This document shows, in pieces, positions 1 to 8,294 of a stretch of DNA of 32,000 bases; within the stretch, counting starts at the first letter, position 1, and each line of letters starts with the position of its first letter. The stretch comes from Caedibacter taeniospiralis. GTDB lineage: Bacteria; Pseudomonadota; Gammaproteobacteria; Francisellales; Francisellaceae. The stretch covers positions 30,001 to 62,000 of the forward strand of contig NZ_PGGB02000008.1 in NCBI RefSeq assembly GCF_002803295.2, given 5' to 3'. The position numbers and the translations under genes are program-made. A model generated the notes under the pieces. The model did no database searches. It was not told the origin of the DNA and worked only from the letters and a program-made list of their open reading frames with translations.

Positions 1-1743
1 CGCCGTACGCTTATTATCACCTGTTACCATAGTGATCTTTATATTCAAATCCTCAAGCTTTTTAATTGCAGCCAAGGCGTCTTCGTTGATGGGATCGGCA
101 ACTGCGACAATACCCATGAGCTTTGATTCTAGCGCTACAAACATGACGGTTTGACCTTGCTGAGACATTTGATTGAAAGTATCCATAAATGCACTCACCT
201 CAACTTGGCAGTTTTCCATCATCCTGACATTTCCAATCGCAACATTTTTATCCTCTATTTTAGCGCTAACCCCCAACCCTGTATGGCTATAAAAATGGCT
301 GACTGGTAGTAAACTCAGTGACTTGTCTTTCGCTTTTTTAACGATTGCTTCTGCCAGCGGGTGCTCTGAATGCGCTTCAATACTTACCATAATCTGCAAT
401 AAATAATCTTCCGACACACCCTCAACACACTCAATCGCGATGACTTCAGACTCACCCTTCGTGATCGTCCCTGTTTTATCAAGTACAACATGGTTTAATT
501 GACTTGATTTTTGCAAGGCTTCACCATTACGAATCAAGACCCCCATTTGTGCAGCTTTCCCCATGCCCACAATAACTGAAATTGGCGTTGCCAACCCCAG
601 TGCACAGGGACAAGCAATAACCAAAACAGTGATGCTCGTTACCACTGCAAAACCGGCAGAAAAGCCGAGGTTAAACCAAATAAGCGCCGTAATCACAGCA
701 CAGATCATAACAGCAGGGACAAAGTAGCTTGAAACAACATCGGCAAGTTTGGCAATAGAGGGTTTTGTGCTTTGCGCATTTTTCACTAAAGTCACGATTT
801 GCGCAAGCAGAGTATCTTTGGTTGCCTTAGTTACCTTATAGGTAAAGCTCCCATTTTTATTTATCGTTCCTGCATAGACTTCATCATCAATGTTTTTAGA
901 TACTGCAATACCTTCCCCTGTTAGCATCGATTCATCAACATGCGATTTCCCTACCACAACAATCCCATCTAATGCAATTTTTTCACCAGGTCGGACTCTC
1001 AGCAAATCTCCAGGCTTTATGTAATTAATTGCTACCTCTTGCACCTTGGCATCCTTTAGCACCACGTGTGCCGTTTGCGGTTGCAACCCAATTAAATGCT
1101 GGATTGCCAGGGAGGTCCTTCCTCTTGCTTTTACTTCCAAAAAAGCACCTAAATTAACCAAAGCAATGATCAATAATGAGGCTTCGAGGTAGACGTGTCG
1201 CGCATTCTCTGGCATCCAGTAAGGAAAGAAAATAACCATCGCAGAGTAGCCCCAGGCGGCTAAAGTTCCAAGGCTGATTAAGGTATCCATGGTCGCATGG
1301 TGCTGCAAAAGCGCTTTATAGGCCGCATAATACATGTGCTGAGCAGCATAGAACAGGATGAACAACGTCAAACCTGTCATGCAAAGCCAAAACAGATTTA
1401 CGGCATCAGACGTTATCATAGCCGCTTGAGCAGACATCCCATAGACCATAATAAACAGCCCAAGTACCGTTGGAATGATAATCTTCAAGAGTTGAGCCAT
1501 ATCTGTTTTGTGAAGAATATCAGCTGTCACTTCTTCACGACTAGAACTCACCTGATAACCAATTTTAGCCAAAGCAGTGATGACTTCATCAGCATCGACA
1601 CTGCCAAGCACCAGGAGTGTACGCTCTGCAAAGTTTACCCGAACATTGTCGATCAGGGACAATTGCGCCAGCGTTTTTTCAATTTTACTGACACAGCTCA
1701 TACAAGAAACATTGTGTAATTTAAATTCTTGTGATGCTTTCAT
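1..1743 (-). CDS. copA: Copper/heavy-metal translocating P1B-type ATPase (N-terminal and central part; runs off the left edge of the window)
   Basis: Continuous minus-strand frame from ATG at 1743: N-terminal metal-binding site NVSCMSCVSKIE, transmembrane CPC motif (ITVLVIACPCALGLATP), DKTGT phosphorylation motif, SEHPLAEA and MVTGDNKRTA. The supplied ORF track shows only antisense ORFs here. Confidence 0.93.
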   Translation of the reverse strand, partial: MKASQEFKLHNVSCMSCVSKIEKTLAQLSLIDNVRVNFAERTLLVLGSVDADEVITALAKIGYQVSSSREEVTADILHKTDMAQLLKIIIPTVLGLFIMVYGMSAQAAMITSDAVNLFWLCMTGLTLFILFYAAQHMYYAAYKALLQHHATMDTLISLGTLAAWGYSAMVIFFPYWMPENARHVYLEASLLIIALVNLGAFLEVKARGRTSLAIQHLIGLQPQTAHVVLKDAKVQEVAINYIKPGDLLRVRPGEKIALDGIVVVGKSHVDESMLTGEGIAVSKNIDDEVYAGTINKNGSFTYKVTKATKDTLLAQIVTLVKNAQSTKPSIAKLADVVSSYFVPAVMICAVITALIWFNLGFSAGFAVVTSITVLVIACPCALGLATPISVIVGMGKAAQMGVLIRNGEALQKSSQLNHVVLDKTGTITKGESEVIAIECVEGVSEDYLLQIMVSIEAHSEHPLAEAIVKKAKDKSLSLLPVSHFYSHTGLGVSAKIEDKNVAIGNVRMMENCQVEVSAFMDTFNQMSQQGQTVMFVALESKLMGIVAVADPINEDALAAIKKLEDLNIKITMVTGDNKRTA

Positions 1744-1846
1744 CCTCTCCCTCCTTGTTTGCTTTGCCTTCTAACCCATATAAATTCTGCATGATAGAAC
1801 AGCTGCTGATCAAGGCAGATATTTCATATTTTTTGAAACTTTGCAG

Positions 1847-1874
1847 TTGACATCCAACCTGAATTCTATAGAAT
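1847..1874 (+). promoter_or_regulatory. Predicted sigma70 promoter for the tRNA-Thr/tRNA-Asp pair
   Basis: TTGACA at 1847-1852, 16 nt spacer, TAGAAT at 1869-1874, about 12 nt upstream of the tRNA-Thr 5' end. Confidence 0.55.
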
Positions 1875-1885
1875 GCCTTCCTGTT

Positions 1886-1961
1886 GCCGACATGGCTCAA
1901 CTGGTAGAGCAGCCGACTTGTAATCGGCAGGTTCCGGGTTCAAGTCCTGGTGTCGGCACCA
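1886..1961 (+). tRNA. tRNA-Thr (TGT), CCA encoded
   Basis: GCCGACA...TGTCGGC acceptor stem, anticodon loop CTTGTAA, TTC arm GGTTCAAGTCC, ends ACCA. Confidence 0.95.
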
Positions 1962-1968
1962 TCTACGC

Positions 1969-2045
1969 GGAGTGGTAGTTCAGTTGGTTAGAATACCTGC
2001 CTGTCACGCAGGGGGTCGCGGGTTCGAGTCCCGTCCATTCCGCCA
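1969..2045 (+). tRNA. tRNA-Asp (GTC), CCA encoded
   Basis: GGAGTGGTAGTTCAGTTGGTTAGAATACCTGCCTGTCACGCAGGGGGTCGCGGGTTCGAGTCCCGTCCATTCCGCCA; close to the canonical gammaproteobacterial tRNA-Asp. Confidence 0.97.
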
Positions 2046-2093
2046 TGTATCTTTAGATAGCCTCCCAATGCAAGCCCTTAATTTAGTCCTCTG

Positions 2094-2564
2094 TTATTTA
2101 TGATAAGGATGACCCTGCAAGATCGTCCACGCGCGGTAGATCTGTTCCGCAAAAATAATGCGTACAATTGGATGTGGAAACGTCATTTTTGACAGCGATA
2201 TTTTTTCACGGGCGATGCGTTTAATTGACTCATCAATGCCATCAGGTCCACCAATCACGATGGCAACATTCGGGGTATTCTGCTGCCAGTTTTTCATTCT
2301 GGTCGCAAGCTCTTTGGTACTGATAGGCTGAGACTGAACATCTAACACCACCAGATGGTCTTGATCATTAAGCTTTGATAGAACCGTTTTGGCTTCCTGG
2401 GCTAACCAGCCATCGATAGATCCCGTCTTTGTGGGCTTTGCAATAGGCAACTCTACTAATTGCAATTGTATTGATGAGCCCGTTAAACGTTTTTGATATT
2501 CATCAAAGCCTTCCTGCACCCAATTTGGCATTTTTTCGCCCAAAGCGAGTAACTTAATCTTCAC
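2094..2564 (-). CDS. rlmH: 23S rRNA (pseudouridine1915-N3)-methyltransferase RlmH
   Basis: VKIKLLALGEKMPNWVQEGFDEY..., VIGGPDG, SLSKMTFPHPIVRIIFAEQIYRAWTILQGHPYHK. The likely GTG start at 2564 overlaps the yaaA stop (CCGTGAAG); the track start at 2585 is an N-terminal extension. Confidence 0.93.
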   Translation of the reverse strand: MKIKLLALGEKMPNWVQEGFDEYQKRLTGSSIQLQLVELPIAKPTKTGSIDGWLAQEAKTVLSKLNDQDHLVVLDVQSQPISTKELATRMKNWQQNTPNVAIVIGGPDGIDESIKRIAREKISLSKMTFPHPIVRIIFAEQIYRAWTILQGHPYHK

Positions 2565-3334
2565 GGTTTGATACGAGTAAAGCACAAGGACTCTGTGCGT
2601 GAAAACTCTGGATTGAGCATATAACCGTCATAGTGAAAGTCTTTAAGTGCATCGATAGTATCAGCTTTATGATCCAGGATATAACGCGCCATCCTTCCAC
2701 GCGCACGTTTGGCAAAAAGCGCTATCGTTTGGTATTTACCTTTGTGATATTCTTTAAAATCAATCTCAAGCCATGTTGCCTTAACAGCTTTTTTATTAAT
2801 CGCCTTGCTATATTCGTCTGATGCCAAATTGACAATTGCCTTGTGTCCATCTCTCACGATGATTTCATTGAGTTTATGCGTTAGTGTTTCGCGCCAAAAG
2901 TCATACAACAACGTGTCATCAATCTTAAATTTTATGCCCATTTCCAAACGATATGCCTGAATCAAATCCAATGGTCGAATAAGACCATAGAGACCTGATA
3001 GCATTAATAAGTGGCATTGCGCGTATTCAATCTGATCCTGGTTTAGACTCAATGCCTCAAGTCCGCGATAAACATCACCGCTAAAAGCAAACAGTGCTTG
3101 CTTGGCATTGTCTTTTGTATAGTGCTCCACATCAAAGTTAAGATACATTTCAAAAACCCCTTCTGCAAGCTTCGGTGAAATTTTCATTAAGGATTCAAAC
3201 TCATCTGGGCTATAGTGTTTAAGCTTAACGACAAGCTCAGCAGTCTTGGCTTTAAACATCAGATCAGTCGTCACTTCAACGGGGGTGTTTTTACTAAAAT
3301 CCTGACTTTTTGCAGGAGAAATAAGGCTTAGCAT
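2561..3334 (-). CDS. yaaA: YaaA family peroxide stress protein
   Basis: MLSLISPAKSQDF..., FSGDVYRGL, LSGLYGLIRPLDLIQAYRLEMG, NLASDEYSKAI, FAKRARGRMARY. Confidence 0.93.
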   Translation of the reverse strand: MLSLISPAKSQDFSKNTPVEVTTDLMFKAKTAELVVKLKHYSPDEFESLMKISPKLAEGVFEMYLNFDVEHYTKDNAKQALFAFSGDVYRGLEALSLNQDQIEYAQCHLLMLSGLYGLIRPLDLIQAYRLEMGIKFKIDDTLLYDFWRETLTHKLNEIIVRDGHKAIVNLASDEYSKAINKKAVKATWLEIDFKEYHKGKYQTIALFAKRARGRMARYILDHKADTIDALKDFHYDGYMLNPEFSRTESLCFTRIKP

Positions 3335-3501
3335 AATTACTTCTCATCACGAAATTTTCGCTATTGTAACCAGATTTACGCGCTTTTTCGATGCCTATTA
3401 CACAACCCTTTCTTCTCCATCATTTAAGGGGAACTAAACTGGGGCACTAAAAAATCATAAGCACGTCTGAGCTTAATTAAACTCTTCACAAAATTTGGGG
3501 T

Positions 3502-3659
3502 TGACCATCTTTCTGCCCACAAGGGCGTATTCAATACGCCCCTACGATTGTTGGCTTAGACAAAGTATCCGCCCAAAACAAGCAAGCTACCATCAAAAAC
3601 CTTGATGAAATCAAAGGTTATGATGGTGCTTTTTCACAAAGTGGGTGGAAAGATGGTCA
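3502..3659. repeat. Small inverted-repeat-bounded segment (19 bp arms, 17/19 match)
   Basis: TGACCATCTTTCTGCCCAC at 3502-3520 and GTGGGTGGAAAGATGGTCA at 3641-3659. Confidence 0.5.
3518..3545. repeat. 28-bp palindromic REP-like repeat, copy 1
   Basis: CACAAGGGCGTATTCAATACGCCCCTAC; the reverse complement of 8295-8322 matches at 27 of 28 positions. Confidence 0.8.
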
Positions 3660-3790
3660 CCGCCCGATTGTTCAAATGAAAAATGGGCTGAAATTCTGTC
3701 GAAGCCCAAAATTTAATGTGAGATCACGCTGGTGTGTACAGCAGGTTTTAGCTATGCTCATCCAGGATTCTACAAATATAACCAGGGGAT

Positions 3791-4627
3791 ATGGATTACA
3801 TGTTTAAGAAAATTACTGTTATTTTTTCGTTTCTGTTATTGGCGATGTCAGGCTTTCAATTAGCTGAAGCCAAACGCTTTGGCGGGGGATCAAGCCATGG
3901 TTACAGTCGCTCTGCCCCAGCACAGACACACAACACCGCGGCAGGCAGTGCAGCGCAAAAGCAAGGTGGCATGGGCATGTTTGGCAAGGTTCTAACTGCG
4001 CTTGGGCTTGGAGCGTTATTTGCCTGGCTGTTTAGCGCTCAAGGCATGACTGGAGTTTTAATCGTTGTGGCTTTAATTGCATTATTGATGTTCTTTATGC
4101 GTAGAAAAGCCATGCAACAAAATTCAGTTGCTAACACGCAACATAATGCGGCATACAAACAGCCATCCCCTTTGCATTCAGCGACCAACGCGTTTACCAG
4201 TCATCAAGTAAAGGAAGGCTCCACTCATGAGGAAGGGCAGGTTAGCAGTGCCATTAAAAATGGTCAGCTTCCTGACAGCACTCCTGAAACCGTATTTAAC
4301 CATCAAGCGCTTAACCTATTCAATCAACTGCAATCACTGAACAATAAAGCAGGTCTTGAAAAAATCAAAAGCTACATCACTGAAGACCTATATCATAGTG
4401 TCATCAGCGATATTGAGCAGAATGATGAGCTGGCGCAATTCAAAGACGTTAGCTGTAAAGTGGTTGATTGCGATCGCCAGGGCACTCAATGGATTGCCAG
4501 TGTCATGTTTGTCGGGCAGGTGCAAGAAGACAGCAATAGCGTATGGCAAAATTTTGAAGAAATCTGGCACTTTACGCGCAAAGATGGTGAACACCTGTGG
4601 CAAGTCGCTGGTGTTCAACAGTTTTGA
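3791..4627 (+). CDS. Tim44-like domain membrane protein
   Basis: Signal/TM N-terminus, AKRFGGGSSHGYSR motif, second TM region, C-terminal Tim44-like domain (ALNLFNQLQSLNN...YITEDLYHSV...EEIWHFTRKDGEHLWQVAGVQ). Confidence 0.75.
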   Translation: MDYMFKKITVIFSFLLLAMSGFQLAEAKRFGGGSSHGYSRSAPAQTHNTAAGSAAQKQGGMGMFGKVLTALGLGALFAWLFSAQGMTGVLIVVALIALLMFFMRRKAMQQNSVANTQHNAAYKQPSPLHSATNAFTSHQVKEGSTHEEGQVSSAIKNGQLPDSTPETVFNHQALNLFNQLQSLNNKAGLEKIKSYITEDLYHSVISDIEQNDELAQFKDVSCKVVDCDRQGTQWIASVMFVGQVQEDSNSVWQNFEEIWHFTRKDGEHLWQVAGVQQF

Positions 4628-4732
4628 TTTTACATATAGTGCGTTCTAACACAGCAATACAGGCATTTGCACTTAAATTTTACTGATTGATTTACTTTGA
4701 GCATCAGTTTACCGATGTCAGATTAAGTAAAA

Positions 4733-5161
4733 ATGGAAACGACAACAATTGAGCTAAAGCCCTCTAAAGCGAAAATAATTGTAGTATCGCTACTTTTTAT
4801 GATTTCATTTTTTATCGTTTTTTATTTATTGCATGCGTGGTTTTTCTATTTAGGGCTATTGTTCTGCCTGTTTGCCGCAATGGGTAGCCTCATGAGTTAT
4901 TACAGCAAACAGAAAATTAATTGTATTCATGTGATTGAAACTGCGTACGCACGAGAAATAAATATTCTCTATGCTAAAACATGGCTTAATAATATATTCA
5001 TTGAGCGTTATATGCTGGTTGCGGGCGTTATTTACATGAAGTTAAGGGTAGCCCAGCATAAACCGATAAGGCTTTGGCTATTTAGGGATAATTTTACAAG
5101 CCTGGAAGCTCGCTACCAGCTCATTAAGGTGTTAATGTTGGCAAAAGATAGATTAAAATAA
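4733..5161 (+). CDS. Small inner-membrane protein resembling the YgfX family
   Basis: N-terminal ELKPSK, two adjacent TM helices, conserved-looking C-terminal IRLWLFRDNFTSLEARYQLIKVLML. Family assignment from pattern only. Confidence 0.4.
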   Translation: METTTIELKPSKAKIIVVSLLFMISFFIVFYLLHAWFFYLGLLFCLFAAMGSLMSYYSKQKINCIHVIETAYAREINILYAKTWLNNIFIERYMLVAGVIYMKLRVAQHKPIRLWLFRDNFTSLEARYQLIKVLMLAKDRLK

Positions 5162-5172
5162 ATGATCTCTAA

Positions 5173-5196
5173 ATTATAAAAATGAATTTTTATAAT
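5173..5196. promoter_or_regulatory. Perfect 24-bp AT-rich palindrome upstream of the arginine cluster (candidate operator)
   Basis: ATTATAAAAAT-GA-ATTTTTATAAT: 11-bp arms, 2-nt centre, ending 53 nt upstream of the ATG at 5250. TGAAT (5183-5187) and ATTCA (5198-5202) resemble ARG-box half sites. Confidence 0.4.
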
Positions 5197-5228
5197 CATT
5201 CACTCTCTGCTATCGTCTGTTTTCCGTT

Positions 5229-7112
5229 TTGAAGAATCGAAGTCCTGGAATGAAGTTATCAAATATTGAAATTGTTATTGCTAATAGCACACACTGCCGT
5301 TTTGCCGAAGCGATTTCCAGACAAATTGAAGAGAGCGCCAAACAAAGAAAGACAGGTATTGCAAAGCGTAGTGTAAGCTATCTGCAGGGCAAACTACGCA
5401 CGCAACATGCGGTCATTGCGATTGATCAGCTGTTAAATACGGTGGCTGGTTTTTGCTACATAGAATCCTGGCAAGATAAGCGTTATGTCTCCAATTCAGG
5501 ACTCATTGTTTTTCCCGCCTATCGAAATCTGGGCTTATCAAAGATGATAAAAAACAAGGCATTTGAACTTGCGAGAACCTATTACCCAGAGGCTAAGATT
5601 TTTGGTTTAACCACCAATCCGCAAGTGATGCACATCAACTATGAATTAGGCTATGAGCCTGTAGCATTCACGGGACTGACTACCGATAAGACATTTTGGC
5701 AGGGGTGCAAGAGTTGCGTTAATTTCCCTATTTTACAATCAAAAGAATATCAAAACTGTCTGTGTACGGCGATGCTGTATGATCCTGTGAGAAAACAAGC
5801 ACAAAGAGAGCAGCAAAAGGAGCAGAAAATGAAAGTAATCGTCGCTTTTAGTGGAGGATTGGATACGAGTTTTTGTGTCAAATATTTGCAACACGAACAT
5901 GGGCTTGAAGTGCATACTGTCACCGTCAATACGGGTGGTTTTAGTACGATTGAGCTGACAGAAATTGAGAAGAAAGCGTATCAACTGGGGGCTAAAACAC
6001 ATCAATGTATTGATGCAACTAAAGATTTTTATCAGCAATGTGTGAAGTTTTTGATTTTTGCGAATGCGCTAAAAAATAACTGCTATCCCCTGTCGGTGAG
6101 TGCTGAGCGCACCTTTCAAGCCATGACAATCGCTAAAGCCGCTAATAGCATGGGCATCAGTAAAATCGCACATGGATGTACGGGAGCGGGGAACGATCAG
6201 GTGCGCTTTGATCTTATGTTTCATATTTTGTGTCCTCATATTGAAATTATTACCCCTATCAGAGATTTAAAACTCTCGCGCAGCAAAACTCAGGATTATT
6301 TGATTAAGCATGGAATTGCCTGCTCACAAAGCACAAAAAATTATTCAATCAATAAAGGCTTATGGGGAACTTCTGTGGGTGGTGTTGAAACCTTGACTTC
6401 TCATTTATATTTAACGGATGAGGCATGGCCAACGGGGCTAAGTAAAAGCACAAATGAAGCAGAAATGCTGAAAATTACTTTTATAAATGGTGAGCCGATT
6501 GCCTTAAATGATGAGTTATCCAATTCCATCCAAGTCATTCAAAAACTTAATAGCATTGCCAGCCAATACGGTATTGGACGTGACATTCACATCGGCGATA
6601 CCATTATTAATATCAAAGGACGTGTAGGCTTTGAAGCTGCGGCTCCATTGATATTGATTAAGGCGCATCACCTGTTGGAAAAACATGTACTGACTAAGGC
6701 GCAGCTTAAAATTAAAACCCTGCTTACCGACACCTATGCCGAGATGGTGCATGAGGGTCAGTTTTTGGATCCTGCAGTACGAGATGTTGAAGCACTATTA
6801 TTGTCATCACAAGCAAAAGTAACAGGAGATGTTTTCGTACTGCTTAAGCCATACCACTTTGTGCTGTTAGGCGTGCAATCTGAGCATGATTTAATGCAGG
6901 CGCAAAGTGCCAAATATGGAGAGGAAAACACAAGCTTTAGCGGTAATGATGTCAAAGGCTTCACTAAGGTGATGAGTAATCAGTTAGCCACCTATTACCA
7001 GCTACAAAACAACCTCAAAGTGACCAAGTCACTGGAGTTGCGTACTTTTACTGATTTTGACGACTACCCCGTCCGCTTCGCGTCCACCCCTTCGCTAACG
7101 AAGGGGAATTAA
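5229..7112 (+). CDS. argG: Fusion of N-terminal GNAT acyltransferase (putative N-acyl-glutamate synthase) with C-terminal argininosuccinate synthase
   Basis: N-terminal about 200 aa: GNAT domain similar to the acyltransferase encoded before argG in Bacteroidota (TGIAKRSVSYLQGK, AGFCYIESW, SGLIVFPAYRNLGLSKMIK, AKIFGLTTNPQVMHINYELGYEPV, FWQGCKSCVNF, CLCTAMLYDP). C-terminal: MKVIVAFSGGLDTSFCVKYL, AHGCTGAGNDQVRFD, DIHIGDTIINIKGRVGFEAAAPLIL. Track start is TTG (5229); ATG at 5250 may be the true start. Confidence 0.93.
   Translation: MKNRSPGMKLSNIEIVIANSTHCRFAEAISRQIEESAKQRKTGIAKRSVSYLQGKLRTQHAVIAIDQLLNTVAGFCYIESWQDKRYVSNSGLIVFPAYRNLGLSKMIKNKAFELARTYYPEAKIFGLTTNPQVMHINYELGYEPVAFTGLTTDKTFWQGCKSCVNFPILQSKEYQNCLCTAMLYDPVRKQAQREQQKEQKMKVIVAFSGGLDTSFCVKYLQHEHGLEVHTVTVNTGGFSTIELTEIEKKAYQLGAKTHQCIDATKDFYQQCVKFLIFANALKNNCYPLSVSAERTFQAMTIAKAANSMGISKIAHGCTGAGNDQVRFDLMFHILCPHIEIITPIRDLKLSRSKTQDYLIKHGIACSQSTKNYSINKGLWGTSVGGVETLTSHLYLTDEAWPTGLSKSTNEAEMLKITFINGEPIALNDELSNSIQVIQKLNSIASQYGIGRDIHIGDTIINIKGRVGFEAAAPLILIKAHHLLEKHVLTKAQLKIKTLLTDTYAEMVHEGQFLDPAVRDVEALLLSSQAKVTGDVFVLLKPYHFVLLGVQSEHDLMQAQSAKYGEENTSFSGNDVKGFTKVMSNQLATYYQLQNNLKVTKSLELRTFTDFDDYPVRFASTPSLTKGN
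7062..7110 (-). repeat. Hairpin-containing dispersed-type repeat, copy A, overlapping the 3' end of argG
   Basis: Minus-strand reading AATTCCCCTTCGTTAGCGAAGGGGTGGACGCGAAGCGGACGGGGTAGTC; hairpin CCCCTTCG-TTAG-CGAAGGGG. Confidence 0.75.
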
Positions 7113-7129
7113 TGGAGAAGCTTTCCAAA

Positions 7130-7205
7130 AATTCCCCTTCACTGGTGAAGGGGTGCCGAGCCTGCCTGACCACTCCAGAGCGGTCAGGTCTGCGAGGCGG
7201 GGTAG
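7130..7205 (+). repeat. Hairpin-containing dispersed-type repeat, copy B
   Basis: AATTCCCCTTCACTGGTGAAGGGGTGCCGAGCCTGCCTGACCACTCCAGAGCGGTCAGGTCTGCGAGGCGGGGTAGT; same AATTCCCCTTC...GAAGGGGTG...GGGGTAGT framework as copy A, opposite orientation. Confidence 0.75.
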
Positions 7206-7265
7206 TGCAGCAAAAGTGCGTAACTCCAGTAAGTCAGATGTGGCAAATGCAATGATAACAGGATA

Positions 7266-8255
7266 GTGGTTATGGAAGAGAAGCGTATTACAACAGAGCG
7301 TAAAATCAAAGTAGGAGTCATGGGTGGGGCTGGGTATACGGCTGGTGAGCTTTTACGCATCTTAATGCTCCATCCAAAAGTCGAGGTTGTGTTCATTCAT
7401 AGTGAATCAAAACAAGGTGAACTCATTGCTGCAACTCATCATGACTATTATTTTATTGATGATAAACGCCGATTTGATGGAGAAATTCATCAAAATGTTG
7501 ACGTGGTTTTTTTATGTGTTGGTCACCATCAAGCGAAAGCAACACTCATCAAGCATGTCTTCAACCCAAAGACAAAGATAATCGATCTAAGCCAGGATCA
7601 TCGTGATACAAAACAAAATCCGACATTCATGTATGGTCTGGCAGATGTTGAAAAAAAACGCATAGCCTCAGCGCAGAACATTGCCAATCCTGGTTGTTTT
7701 GCTACGGCAATCACACTGGCACTTGTGCCTTTTTCTGCCCATTTTGAAGGTGATATTCACATCAATGCGATTACTGGCTCAACGGGGGCAGGGGTCATGC
7801 CAAGGGACACCTCACATTTTAGCTGGCGTTCAAACAATATTTCGGTTTATAAGGCATTTAGTCATCAGCATTTGGTAGAGATAAAGCAAGCGCTGAAGCT
7901 TCCTGACACAAGCCAGCTTCTTTTTATTCCAATGCGTGGGAATTTCAGTCGCGGCGTTTTTGCCTCTGTTTATTTTAAATCGTCATTAACTGAGCAAGGC
8001 GCCAAACTGTTATTGCAACAATTTTACGAGGACAGCCTTTTTGTCAAAGTACTTGAGCATGAACCCGATTTGAAAATGGTCGTGAACACCAATGCCTGTA
8101 TGTTGTCGATTAAAAAGCATGGGGATTATTTGCATATTGTCAGTGTTATTGACAATTTAATTAAAGGCGCTTCAGGACAGGCTGTACAGAATATGAATCT
8201 GATGTTTGGGTTACCTGAAGCGTTGGGGCTAAGGTTCAAAGCAAGCGTATTTTAG
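7266..8255 (+). CDS. argC: N-acetyl (or N-succinyl)-gamma-glutamyl-phosphate reductase
   Basis: VGVMGGAGYTAGELLRILMLHP, IIDLSQDHR, IANPGCFATAITLALVP, ITGSTGAGVMPRDTSHFSWRSNN, LIKGASGQAVQNMNLMFG. Confidence 0.95.
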   Translation: MVMEEKRITTERKIKVGVMGGAGYTAGELLRILMLHPKVEVVFIHSESKQGELIAATHHDYYFIDDKRRFDGEIHQNVDVVFLCVGHHQAKATLIKHVFNPKTKIIDLSQDHRDTKQNPTFMYGLADVEKKRIASAQNIANPGCFATAITLALVPFSAHFEGDIHINAITGSTGAGVMPRDTSHFSWRSNNISVYKAFSHQHLVEIKQALKLPDTSQLLFIPMRGNFSRGVFASVYFKSSLTEQGAKLLLQQFYEDSLFVKVLEHEPDLKMVVNTNACMLSIKKHGDYLHIVSVIDNLIKGASGQAVQNMNLMFGLPEALGLRFKASVF

Positions 8256-8294
8256 GTTTTGCCAGAATTTTCACCAATTTTGATTGGCATAAAT

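Noticed and set aside
1297-1774. Plus-strand ORFs of 140 and 65 aa
   Set aside because: They lie antisense to the conserved copA frame and show no recognisable domain.
3505-3808. Start-less open frame (about 100 codons, ...TIVGLDKVSAQNKQATIKNLDEIKGYDGAFSQSGWKDGHRPIVQMKNGLKF...) in the gap before the Tim44-domain gene
   Set aside because: No ATG start, no recognised family, overlaps the REP-like palindrome and runs into the next gene in another frame. It could be a gene remnant but is not supportable as a CDS.
4356-4649. 97-aa plus-strand ORF and 76-aa minus-strand ORF (4388-4618)
   Set aside because: Both overlap the 3' part of the Tim44-domain gene in alternative frames; the Tim44 frame has convincing protein features.
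7184-7396. Minus-strand 70-aa ORF and other short antisense ORFs throughout the arginine, sppA, aspS and tol-pal regions
   Set aside because: All are antisense or alternate-frame to strongly conserved genes and show no domain signatures.
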